From the sequence record MT586120.1: a DNA stretch of 64,000 nt; one strand, 5' to 3'. Positions 19,277-26,969 of the stretch are shown piece after piece. Below the pieces are notes generated by a model, which saw nothing but the letters and a program-made list of their open reading frames with translations, ran no database searches and was not told the DNA's origin. The number at the start of each line of letters is the position of its first letter. The stretch's first letter is position 1. Made by a program: the position numbers and the translations under genes.

Positions 19277-19310
19277 CCTAATCACCAAGACCTGTTATAC
19301 TAAACAGGTC
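19273..19310 (+). promoter_or_regulatory. Sigma70-type promoter with a palindrome over the -10 box
   Basis: TTGACC-17nt-TATACT; GACCTGTT/AACAGGTC inverted repeat. Confidence 0.75.
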
Positions 19311-19315
19311 ACCAA

Positions 19316-19389
19316 GCCTCAGTAGCTCAGTGGAATAGAGCATCGCTCTTCTAAAGCGTGTTGCGCTGGTTCGAATCCAGCCTGAGGCG
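19316..19389 (+). tRNA. tRNA-Arg(TCT)
   Basis: GCCTCAG/CTGAGGC acceptor stem; loop CT-TCT-AA; GCTGG-TTCGAAT-CCAGC T arm. Confidence 0.9.
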
Positions 19390-19415
19390 TCGTCCAATTA
19401 CTAACATATATAACA

Positions 19416-19571
19416 ATGGGATTACTTTCAGAAAGCGATTACACTCACGCAATTCAAGCACTTGAATACTACCTTGAAGTTTGGGGTAGTCAGTTGAGTG
19501 ATGTTGAGTATATGGAAAAGGAAGCTCTTCTCCGTTGGCTCTACATCAGCAAATCAAAACTAAGTAGCTGA
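19416..19571 (+). CDS. Hypothetical 51-aa protein (not in ORF track)
   Basis: MGLLSESDYTHAIQALEYY...KLSS, read manually. Confidence 0.5.
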   Translation: MGLLSESDYTHAIQALEYYLEVWGSQLSDVEYMEKEALLRWLYISKSKLSS

Positions 19572-19629
19572 TTACACAAGACGATCATCCATATTTACGC
19601 TATACTATCCACATACACAACAAAGACAG

Positions 19630-19821
19630 ATGGCTAAGCAACTCCGTATGGATCTCATTGATGAGTATTACAAGCTATACCGTGAGCGGACTCTATGCCG
19701 TCACACCAAAGATTTTAGAGACAACTACGAAAAGATTAGTGAGCTGTGGGTAGATTTTTCAGAAGAAGAGCGTATCGCAATCAATATACGCTTCATCCAA
19801 GACAACTTGAATAAGTTCTAA
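19630..19821 (+). CDS. Hypothetical protein
   Basis: 63-aa ORF between tRNA genes. Confidence 0.55.
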   Translation: MAKQLRMDLIDEYYKLYRERTLCRHTKDFRDNYEKISELWVDFSEEERIAINIRFIQDNLNKF

Positions 19822-19850
19822 TCTTGTGATATAATACGGTCAACAGACCT

Positions 19851-19923
19851 GCTCCTTTAGCTCTCTGGTGAAAGCACTCCGCTCATAACGGAAGAAAGGT
19901 CAGTTCGATCCTGACAAGGAGCA
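19851..19923 (+). tRNA. tRNA with CAT anticodon (elongator Met or Ile2)
   Basis: GCTCCTT/AAGGAGC acceptor stem; loop CT-CAT-AA; lacks the three G-C pairs of initiator tRNA; own promoter TTGAAT-17-TATAAT at 19807-19835. Confidence 0.85.
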
Positions 19924-19964
19924 TTGACAATCATCACCTTCTCTGGTATGATTGTTTCATCTTC

Positions 19965-20037
19965 GGGGAATTAGCTCAGTTGGTAGAGCGCCTGCTTTGC
20001 AAGCAGGATGTCAACGGTTCGAGTCCGTTATTCTCCA
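19965..20037 (+). tRNA. tRNA-Ala(TGC)
   Basis: GGGGAAT/ATTCTCC acceptor with G3:U70; loop TT-TGC-AA. Confidence 0.95.
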
Positions 20038-20077
20038 TTGACAATCATCACCTTCTCTGGTATGATTGTCTCATCTT

Positions 20078-20149
20078 CGGGGTGTAGCGCAGCGGTAGCG
20101 CATCGCTTTTGGGAAGCGAGGGTCGCAGGTTCGATCCCTGCCACCCCGA
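20078..20149 (+). tRNA. tRNA-Pro(TGG)
   Basis: CGGGGTG/CACCCCG acceptor stem; loop TT-TGG-GA. Confidence 0.93.
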
Positions 20150-20187
20150 TTGACAATCATCACCTTCTCTGGTATGATTGTCGCATA

Positions 20188-20314
20188 AGAGAAGCACCTG
20201 TTAGGATGGTGGTCGCCTAGAATTCAAGGTGGCAGAGGCGGATTACCTCCCGTCCGAGACGAAGCGTTTAAGTTAGTCCTTTGGTAAATGGCAGTTCAAA
20301 TCTGCCCTTCTCTT
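20188..20314 (+). ncRNA. tRNA-like RNA with acceptor stem, T arm and expanded interior
   Basis: AGAGAAG/CTTCTCT stem and GGCAG-TTCAAAT-CTGCC T arm enclosing about 95 nt with at least four hairpins; no canonical anticodon loop. Confidence 0.7.
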
Positions 20315-20320
20315 AAAAAT

Positions 20321-20405
20321 GGAGAGGTGGTCGAGTGGTTTATGGCTCTGGTCTTGAAAACCAGCGAGGTGAAAGCCTCCGTGAGTTCAAATCTCACCCT
20401 CTCCG
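20321..20405 (+). tRNA. tRNA-Ser(TGA)
   Basis: GGAGAGG/CCTCTCC acceptor stem; loop CT-TGA-AA; long variable arm. Confidence 0.95.
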
Positions 20406-20409
20406 CTTT

Positions 20410-20482
20410 GCCTTTGTAGCTCAGTTGGTAGAGCGCGGCTTTTGTAAAGCCGATGTCGCAAGTTCAAATCTTGTCGAAGGCT
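20410..20482 (+). tRNA. tRNA-Thr(TGT)
   Basis: GCCTTTG/CGAAGGC acceptor stem; loop TT-TGT-AA. Confidence 0.93.
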
Positions 20483-20512
20483 TCTATGTATATCATATAC
20501 ATAGTTTTGAAT

Positions 20513-20586
20513 GGGGGATTAGTTCAGTGGCAAAACACCCGCCTCCGACGCGGGAGTCATCGGTTCGAGTCCGTTATTCTCCACCA
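20513..20586 (+). tRNA. tRNA with CCG (Arg) anticodon on an Ala-type body; CCA encoded
   Basis: GGGGGAT/ATTCTCC-A-CCA acceptor with G3:U70; CCCGC-CTCCGAC-GCGGG anticodon arm. Confidence 0.8.
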
Positions 20587-20591
20587 ACCAT

Positions 20592-20664
20592 TGCTCTGTA
20601 ATTCAATCGGTAGAATGCCAAGCTGTTAACTTGGAGGTTGCAGGTTCGAGTCCTGCCGGAGCAG
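20592..20664 (+). tRNA. tRNA-Asn(GTT)
   Basis: TGCTCTG/CGGAGCA acceptor stem; loop CT-GTT-AA. Confidence 0.93.
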
Positions 20665-20679
20665 TTTAAACTTAATATT

Positions 20680-21204
20680 ATGGTAAATTCACACTACGAA
20701 TCAATCCTTTCTAATAGAATCATATTAGACCTCCAAGGATATGCGTATGAAGCTGATTATCAGCCCATTCAGCAAGAGTATATGGGGGAAATTTATCAGA
20801 GTGTGAGTGCCCATAGATTACCCAAAGCTCATCCATTAGAGAAGCATATTGTTAAGTCTTTTCTTGCCTTCAATAAAGAATATTTTAATTATGATCTATG
20901 GGGTTCATTTGAGATTCAATTTTTAAAATATACCCCAGGTGGTCATTACAATTGGCATTGTGACTATGGTATTTCAGAAGTAGGTGCTAGAAAGTTAAGT
21001 ATGTCTATCCAGTTAAGTTGTGCCTGGGATTATACTGGCGGCGACCTTCTCGTTAGAGATTGGCATAACAGAAAACAATATATCAGTAAAGAAATAGGTA
21101 ATGTAGTTGTGTTCGATTCTCGCGTTCCACATAAGGTAGAACCCATTGTTGATGGGGAAAGATACGCAATTGTTGCCTGGGCTCACGGTCCAGAACTACG
21201 CTAA
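20680..21204 (+). CDS. 2OG-Fe(II) oxygenase (prolyl-hydroxylase-like)
   Basis: WHCD...RKLSMS...HKVEP..DGERYAIVAW (HxD..H..R). The ORF-track start overlaps tRNA-Asn, so ATG 20680 is used. Confidence 0.88.
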   Translation: MVNSHYESILSNRIILDLQGYAYEADYQPIQQEYMGEIYQSVSAHRLPKAHPLEKHIVKSFLAFNKEYFNYDLWGSFEIQFLKYTPGGHYNWHCDYGISEVGARKLSMSIQLSCAWDYTGGDLLVRDWHNRKQYISKEIGNVVVFDSRVPHKVEPIVDGERYAIVAWAHGPELR

Positions 21205-21220
21205 TTAATAAAAAAAAACT

Positions 21221-21667
21221 ATGCTTGACTTTGAGTATGCCCTCTTCACCAAAGAGGACCCAATTAAATTATTGAAAGACGCATCATCCAAACTTCCAAT
21301 TCATAGGAAATTTAAGATTGCTCCACATATTCGCAGAGCTAATGCTGCTGTTAATAAGTGTAAAAAATTCAGAGACATTGTTACTAGTGAAGATAATGTA
21401 GTCTGTATTGATATTGGTACAACCTTCGCATCCTATTTCGGTCGGAAAGTTGATAAAGGCATCTACTTGGCTATTCCAAAATCAGCAGCAAAGGAATATA
21501 TTGAATTTTTAGAAGACTCTTGTAAGGATACTATTAAGAGTGATAAATATATGGAGAGTATTACTAAACTACTTCTCTACCACTCTGATTATATTGATGC
21601 ATTTGTGAAAGCATTTTTAAGCATTCGATTAGCACAGGGCGAACTGGATAAATTAAAATCTAATTGA
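21221..21667 (+). CDS. Hypothetical protein
   Basis: 148-aa ORF. Confidence 0.6.
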   Translation: MLDFEYALFTKEDPIKLLKDASSKLPIHRKFKIAPHIRRANAAVNKCKKFRDIVTSEDNVVCIDIGTTFASYFGRKVDKGIYLAIPKSAAKEYIEFLEDSCKDTIKSDKYMESITKLLLYHSDYIDAFVKAFLSIRLAQGELDKLKSN

Positions 21668-21668
21668 G

Positions 21669-22934
21669 ATGAAATCCTTTTTAAATTTTCTATTTGAAGC
21701 CAAGCAATCCAAAGCCGTTCAGCAAGCCACTAAAATGGGTTTGCGAAGTGACGGTCACGGTGGCTGGTATGATGAGCGTGGTGAGTTTGTCGCCAAGACT
21801 GTTGGTGATGGTTTGGAGTTCTTCAACTCAAATCAAGCCACTGGCGAGAGAGACCCAAACCAGAGCGCAGCTGATAAAGCTACTTCAGGTAATGAAGCTG
21901 CTGGTGGTGCTGCCCTAGGGACCCGTGTAAAGGACACAGAAGGCGCTACACAAGCCCAAGCTAATAATGGAGCAGTAGCACCCGAAGCAACCGCACAGGA
22001 TGCTGCCGCTGCCCCAGCGCAAGCTCAGCAAGCAGCTGCCGCTGCTGCTCCCACAGAGCAACAGGCACCTGCTGATGTACCCAAAACGAAGGGCACACTC
22101 ACTCTTGCTTTTGGGCGCTTCAACCCACCTACCGTGGGACACCAGAAGCTTATGGATAAGGTCGCTTCTAGCTCTGATGATAATGACTATATGATTATCC
22201 CTTCTCGTTCCGAAGACAAGAAGAAAAATCCATTAGGAGTTGATCGTAAAGCTGCTCTAATGCGTCAGCTATACCCAGACCACGCAGAAAAGATTGTAAA
22301 TGATGCGGCAAACCGTACCATTTTTGATGTTATGCGTAAGGCACACAACGATGGCTATGCTAATGTTCGTGTTGTAGGTGGTGGAGATAGAGTAAAGGAA
22401 TATGAAAAGCTAATCAATAAGTACAACGGATCTACATATCAGTTTGATAATATTGAAGTTGTAAATGCTGGTGACCGCGATGCAGATTCAGATGATACTG
22501 ACGGTATGTCTGCTTCCAAGATGCGTAAAGCAGCCAAGGATAATGACTTCCGAGGCTTTATGAAGGGTATGCCTAAGGGTATGGACCCTGATGTTCTTAT
22601 GGGGATCTTCACGGAACTCCAAGACGCTATGGGCGTAAAGCCCAAAGAACCAGCAGTCGCTGAGAACTGGGAGGTTGCTCCTAGACTATATCTTAGAGAC
22701 CTACGAGAGGAGTATGTGAATGAGAATGTCTTCAATATCGGAGATATTATCACCCACGACCCCACTGGAATGGTTGCTGAGATTGTAAGAAAAGGTGCTA
22801 ATCACCTTATCTGCGTCACAGAAGACGATAAAATGTTTAAGACTTGGACTCAAGATGTTAGTTATAACAATCCAATCATTGAGCCCCCTGCTAAAATTAA
22901 TAGCTTTAAGCGATTTTTAAGGAATTTTTCCTAG
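21669..22934 (+). CDS. Cyanophage cytidyltransferase-like (HxGH nucleotidyltransferase) protein
   Basis: FGRFNPPTVGHQKL, VGGGDRV and GMSASKMR motifs. Confidence 0.85.
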   Translation: MKSFLNFLFEAKQSKAVQQATKMGLRSDGHGGWYDERGEFVAKTVGDGLEFFNSNQATGERDPNQSAADKATSGNEAAGGAALGTRVKDTEGATQAQANNGAVAPEATAQDAAAAPAQAQQAAAAAAPTEQQAPADVPKTKGTLTLAFGRFNPPTVGHQKLMDKVASSSDDNDYMIIPSRSEDKKKNPLGVDRKAALMRQLYPDHAEKIVNDAANRTIFDVMRKAHNDGYANVRVVGGGDRVKEYEKLINKYNGSTYQFDNIEVVNAGDRDADSDDTDGMSASKMRKAAKDNDFRGFMKGMPKGMDPDVLMGIFTELQDAMGVKPKEPAVAENWEVAPRLYLRDLREEYVNENVFNIGDIITHDPTGMVAEIVRKGANHLICVTEDDKMFKTWTQDVSYNNPIIEPPAKINSFKRFLRNFS

Positions 22935-22994
22935 ATCAATAACTATTATAAATAAAACTACGAAGAAACACCACGCCCTGTTTATTTTAGATAC

Positions 22995-24914
22995 ATGGAA
23001 TTCCAAATCACTGAGGCAATTGAGCTAGTAAAAACTCTTGCCGAGACTGAAAATCTAACTCATACTGAAGCATTGACTGCTTTCTTTTATGAAGCTGATA
23101 TGAGCATTGAGGATGCTGCTATGCTAAAGGCAGCATTCTTTGAGAGCTATACTCTACAGGAAATGGCTGTGGATTCCCTAACAAACGCACTACACAATGT
23201 ATTTGTTGGTGGTCTATCTGAGGAGTCAGAAGAACTATCAGAAGTTGATACTAAAGAAACTGGTGAAGGTACCAAGTATAAGGTTCGTGTAAAGGATCGC
23301 GCATCTAACTCAAGCTATGTTCGCTACGCTACTCGTGAGAAGATTGCCGAGCTTCGCGCTAATCCAAATATCTCTTCTGTTGAGTTGACCGACCACGGTA
23401 CAACTGGCGAGGACGATAGAGGTGAGCGCACATCAGCTGCTAAACGTGGTGATCGCGATGGTGATGGTAAGGTTGAGTCTGGTTCCAAAGAGCATGCTGG
23501 TGTAGTACACAATGCTATCCAACGCAAGACGGGCGGCACACCTGACGGACAGGACACCCGTAAGGAAGAGTTTGAGCTAGATGAGGCAGAAAAGCGCATC
23601 AAGAGTGGTAAGAGATATCACGATGGTAAAAGGAAGATGTCTGATGAAGGTGGACCAGCCAAAATTGTAGATCCAAAAAAAATGCATAGTGAGGACTATG
23701 AGCTAGAGGAAGGCAAAAAAGAAGCTGACCTAGGTAAGATGAGGCGTCAGTCAAACAAGCATATGAAAGATGCTGTTGGTAAGCGCACCAAGAGCGACAG
23801 CGACAGCAAGAATAAGTCCTTTAAGATGGACGGTATCCGCAGATCTATTGAGCGTGGTGAAGATCCCCGCCGCGATACTTATGGTGGTAAGAGGACTGGT
23901 AAGGACGGCACACATCCCCCAGAAGACCACAGATCCAATTTTTCATATAATATGAAGGACCGCCCTGCTAAGGAGCCTGGTGTTAAGAAGGAATCTGCTT
24001 GGGATGCTTACCTAGAACTCCGTGAGAACCGTCGTGCTGCTCGTGCTGCTGGTGGTTACAAGGATGACTCAAAGAAGCAAACCGATCCTTCTAAAGAAGG
24101 TTTCACTGGAATCTCCAACAGCATTGCTGATATTATGAAGCAAAACAAGGAGATTGAGGCTAAGAAAAAAAAAAGAGTAGCTGAAGACTTCCTACCTGAA
24201 GCTGGTAAGAGTGACGCTGGTGTCCGTAGTAGAATGAAAATTTCTGGCTATGAGCCACCTACCAACTGGGATCCCGAAGCAAACCAAGGTAAAGGTGCTA
24301 CTGTAAGCGCCAAGCAATCTGAAAAGCGTCGTCGTAAGGCACTCCGTAAAGAAGACTTCCTACCTGAAGCTGATCTAGTTGATGCTGGTCGCGAAAACCA
24401 AAGTCAGCGCGACAAGAAAAAGCTAACTGGTAAGGGTGTTGATAACAAGTCAAACATCAAGCTAATGCCTAGTATTAACGAGACTGTAGTAACAGAGCAT
24501 CCTAGCAAATCACTAGATTCTGTTTCTGCTGAAGCTAATGTAAACGAATCAATTCGCGCCAAGATCCAAGAAATGGGTCGTTTGGATGAAGAGTGTTGCC
24601 CTAAGTGTGGAACTCCCGAGTGTGTCTGTGAAGGCAAGAAAGAGGAGAAGCCTAAAAAGAAAAAGGCAAAGATTGATGAATCAGGTATGCCTATTCTAGA
24701 GTACAGTCGTAACAACGCACGTCCAGGTCCTAGCCCTGAGATGATTAACCCAGGTAAAGATCCTGAAGGTGACGTAGGGCATATGAATCCAAAGGGTAAG
24801 CCCAAGCGTTATAAGAACAAAGGTGAAGCTCCTGGAGACCGTAGACCTAATGACCCCAGTGGTCCTGACCTACCTCTAGAGAAAGGTGTGGTTCCTAACG
24901 GTTCTGGTGTATAA
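22995..24914 (+). CDS. Large charged low-complexity protein, probable head-internal/virion protein
   Basis: Late promoter at 22947; repeated EEFELDEA, EDYELEEG and EDFLPEA motifs. Confidence 0.6.
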   Translation: MEFQITEAIELVKTLAETENLTHTEALTAFFYEADMSIEDAAMLKAAFFESYTLQEMAVDSLTNALHNVFVGGLSEESEELSEVDTKETGEGTKYKVRVKDRASNSSYVRYATREKIAELRANPNISSVELTDHGTTGEDDRGERTSAAKRGDRDGDGKVESGSKEHAGVVHNAIQRKTGGTPDGQDTRKEEFELDEAEKRIKSGKRYHDGKRKMSDEGGPAKIVDPKKMHSEDYELEEGKKEADLGKMRRQSNKHMKDAVGKRTKSDSDSKNKSFKMDGIRRSIERGEDPRRDTYGGKRTGKDGTHPPEDHRSNFSYNMKDRPAKEPGVKKESAWDAYLELRENRRAARAAGGYKDDSKKQTDPSKEGFTGISNSIADIMKQNKEIEAKKKKRVAEDFLPEAGKSDAGVRSRMKISGYEPPTNWDPEANQGKGATVSAKQSEKRRRKALRKEDFLPEADLVDAGRENQSQRDKKKLTGKGVDNKSNIKLMPSINETVVTEHPSKSLDSVSAEANVNESIRAKIQEMGRLDEECCPKCGTPECVCEGKKEEKPKKKKAKIDESGMPILEYSRNNARPGPSPEMINPGKDPEGDVGHMNPKGKPKRYKNKGEAPGDRRPNDPSGPDLPLEKGVVPNGSGV

Positions 24915-24942
24915 ATAAAGGTGCAGTTTATAGGTAACCCCT

Positions 24943-25119
24943 ATGTCTAAGCTAGTAGAACTTTGTAAGCCCGTTCTAATGTGGTTGTATGAATCTGCTG
25001 AAGTTAAAAAGCTCGTAGTAGAATTACTTGAGCGTTATTCTGCCTCCACCGATAATACCGTTGATGACCTAATCGTCGCAACTGTACGCAAGGCACTTCT
25101 TCCTGAAGAGGCTAAGTGA
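24943..25119 (+). CDS. Hypothetical 58-aa protein (not in ORF track)
   Basis: MSKLVELCKPVLMWL...STDNTVDDLIV; late promoter at 24910. Confidence 0.65.
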   Translation: MSKLVELCKPVLMWLYESAEVKKLVVELLERYSASTDNTVDDLIVATVRKALLPEEAK

Positions 25120-25292
25120 TCGAATGTTTTGCCTCAACCCACGGGTTGTTCTGGATTCTCACCGGTCTTCTATTAATATCAGAAGCTCTTGGTGAGACTA
25201 AACTAGTAAAGGCAAATGGAGTACTATCCTTTCTATTCGAGATATTAGAGCAATTTTCTAAGCTTATTAGAAAAATAATGTTCGGTAGATAA
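25116..25292 (+). CDS. Small hydrophobic 58-aa protein (not in ORF track)
   Basis: GTGA-coupled; GLFWILTGLLLISEALG hydrophobic segment. Confidence 0.55.
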   Translation: MIECFASTHGLFWILTGLLLISEALGETKLVKANGVLSFLFEILEQFSKLIRKIMFGR

Positions 25293-25299
25293 CTTTAAA

Positions 25300-25326
25300 G
25301 GCTCAGCGAAAGCTGGGTCTTTTTTT
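25300..25326 (+). terminator. Rho-independent terminator
   Basis: GGCTCAGC-GAAA-GCTGGGTC followed by a T-tract. Confidence 0.8.
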
Positions 25327-25371
25327 ATTATAAATAAAGCTACGGTAATTAAATTACAAAAGGAATTACAA

Positions 25372-25938
25372 ATGGCACTCTGGGGAAATCAAGACAATTT
25401 AGTAGGAGGTGATTTTTCTCCTGCCGCTCCAACATCCGTAGTGGTTGTCGGTACTGCTAGCTCTGACTTCTGGACAGCAGAAGGAACAACCTTCGCTGGT
25501 GTATCAACTGGAACTACAATCCTACTAGGAACAGAGCCTGGTGAAGATGGCTTCCTAGTAATCGAATCACTATTGAGTGATGATCTAGCACGTTGTGGTA
25601 AGATGTCTGCTGTTGCTGCAGGCACATATGACGCAACATATTCCACTCAACCTATTAGTCTAAAGAACGATCCTGCATATGCTGAAAGTGCAGCAAATAC
25701 TCTAACTGGTATCTCAACAATTAGAACTCAGGTTATTGCTGGCATTTCTACAGCAGGTATTGATGCTATTGAGCCTACTGGTACTGCTGGAACTAGCACA
25801 ACAATTCCTGGTGGAATCCACGCTGGTTGGGTCGGCATTATGACCTACGTTGATATGCACGGTGAGCTTCGTACCAAGACTGAGACTTTTGTCGCAGCAT
25901 CTGGTATTGAGACTGGTAATCGCCCATTCCCTGCCTGA
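25372..25938 (+). CDS. Putative virion structural protein
   Basis: MALWGN start and HAGWVG...GELRTKTETFVA end, typical of cyanomyovirus late proteins; late promoter at 25329. Confidence 0.65.
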   Translation: MALWGNQDNLVGGDFSPAAPTSVVVVGTASSDFWTAEGTTFAGVSTGTTILLGTEPGEDGFLVIESLLSDDLARCGKMSAVAAGTYDATYSTQPISLKNDPAYAESAANTLTGISTIRTQVIAGISTAGIDAIEPTGTAGTSTTIPGGIHAGWVGIMTYVDMHGELRTKTETFVAASGIETGNRPFPA

Positions 25939-25968
25939 TAGGTAGCTTGGATATAATATAGGGGGATT

Positions 25969-26349
25969 ATGAGATTTAACGAACTGAATGATGATAATTA
26001 TCTCCTATTTGCGATCAAGTTTTACGATAATCCCCATGCGGTTACTCGTGAAGACTTTGATGACGATTTGAAAAAGATCAAATATGTGAAGCGTCTACTA
26101 AGGCGCTACATTAATACTAATACACTGAAGACACACTTGATTCTTAATCATCTGACAGTGCTCTTCAATGTATTTGGGGATGCTGCGGTTCCACTACTCT
26201 TCTATAACTTAGAAAGAGACTTGTGGTCATCTATAAAAAGCTTTCTTGTCTTCTTAAATAAACTCCCAGAGTTCCCTAGAAGCATGATTGACGATATAGA
26301 GCTGGATCAAAACTGCCTAGATCAACTGGAGATTATCGATGGAGAATAA
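25969..26349 (+). CDS. Conserved T4-like hypothetical protein
   Basis: ELNDDNYLLFAIKFYDNP...LILNHLTVLFNVFG. Confidence 0.75.
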   Translation: MRFNELNDDNYLLFAIKFYDNPHAVTREDFDDDLKKIKYVKRLLRRYINTNTLKTHLILNHLTVLFNVFGDAAVPLLFYNLERDLWSSIKSFLVFLNKLPEFPRSMIDDIELDQNCLDQLEIIDGE

Positions 26350-26605
26350 AGTAGACAAAATCCTAGAGTGCTATAGGCGTCTTAAGGAAGAGATGGGTGC
26401 TGGTGCTGCCGTTGGTGGTATGACTACCCAATCTTCTCCTGGGAAACCTGGTTTTTCTGGTGCTGCTGACTCCAAAGGTCCAGTTGCTGGCTATGATGCT
26501 CCAGTAGACTTCCGCAAACGCAAATACAAGAAGCTCAATATGTTTTACCGTCAAGCTGTAAAACCTACCAAAGGAGCAAAAAATGCTAGAAAGGGACCCC
26601 GATAA
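26339..26605 (+). CDS. Hypothetical protein
   Basis: Overlaps both neighbours; Gly-rich centre. Confidence 0.6.
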   Translation: MENKVDKILECYRRLKEEMGAGAAVGGMTTQSSPGKPGFSGAADSKGPVAGYDAPVDFRKRKYKKLNMFYRQAVKPTKGAKNARKGPR

Positions 26606-26969
26606 CATTAAGTTAGCAGTCCTTGAAGAAAAGTTGGGTAACATGGTAGAGGTTATCTCTCGCTTGGATGCTACAATTGAAAAATTGAGTGATCTAAGTG
26701 TAAACGTAAGTAGAATGCTTGCTGTCCACGAGGAAAAACTAGACTTCGCTCGCGAAACTGCCGCCGAAACGGCTAAGGATATCGATGAGTTAGAAGAACG
26801 GTTGGATGAGAAGATGGAAGCTTATTCCGTCAGACTCCGATCAGTAGAACGTCGAGTTTGGGTTGGGTTAGGTGTCGCTCTTGCTGTGACACTTATACTA
26901 CAGTCCCCCATCGTGTTCAATATGCTTCATCATACGGATAAATCTGCTATAATGGTTCCAAGGAACTAA
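26583..26969 (+). CDS. Coiled-coil protein with C-terminal transmembrane helix
   Basis: Heptad pattern followed by RVWVGLGVALAVTLIL. Confidence 0.65.
   Translation: MLERDPDNIKLAVLEEKLGNMVEVISRLDATIEKLSDLSVNVSRMLAVHEEKLDFARETAAETAKDIDELEERLDEKMEAYSVRLRSVERRVWVGLGVALAVTLILQSPIVFNMLHHTDKSAIMVPRN

Larger units (their letters stand above)
19924..20181 (+). repeat. Three identical 32-nt palindromic promoter repeats (19924-19955, 20038-20069, 20150-20181)
   Basis: TTGACAATCATCACCTTCTCTGGTATGATTGT three times; equals TTGACA-17-TATGAT with an ACAATCAT/ATGATTGT inverted repeat. Confidence 0.95.

Noticed and set aside
19924-20181. CRISPR-like array (three palindromic 32-nt repeats, spacers of 82 and 80 nt)
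   Set aside because: The spacers are complete tRNA genes with short leaders, the repeat is a sigma70 promoter, and there are no cas genes in the window.
20188-20314. tmRNA or tRNA-Sec
   Set aside because: No G3:U70 Ala acceptor or tag reading frame for tmRNA; the TCA is not in a 7-nt anticodon loop and the long D stem of tRNA-Sec is absent.
20008-20601. ORF-track ORFs 20008..20220 and 20335..20601
   Set aside because: They overlap well-formed tRNA genes and have no protein features.
21940-22080. Ala/Gln-rich stretch as a separate repeat element
   Set aside because: It is a low-complexity linker within the cytidyltransferase ORF with no nucleotide-level periodicity.
24165-24174. A10 run as a frameshift or phase-variation site
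   Set aside because: The reading frame continues intact (KKKK) with coherent sequence on both sides and no orphan downstream frame.
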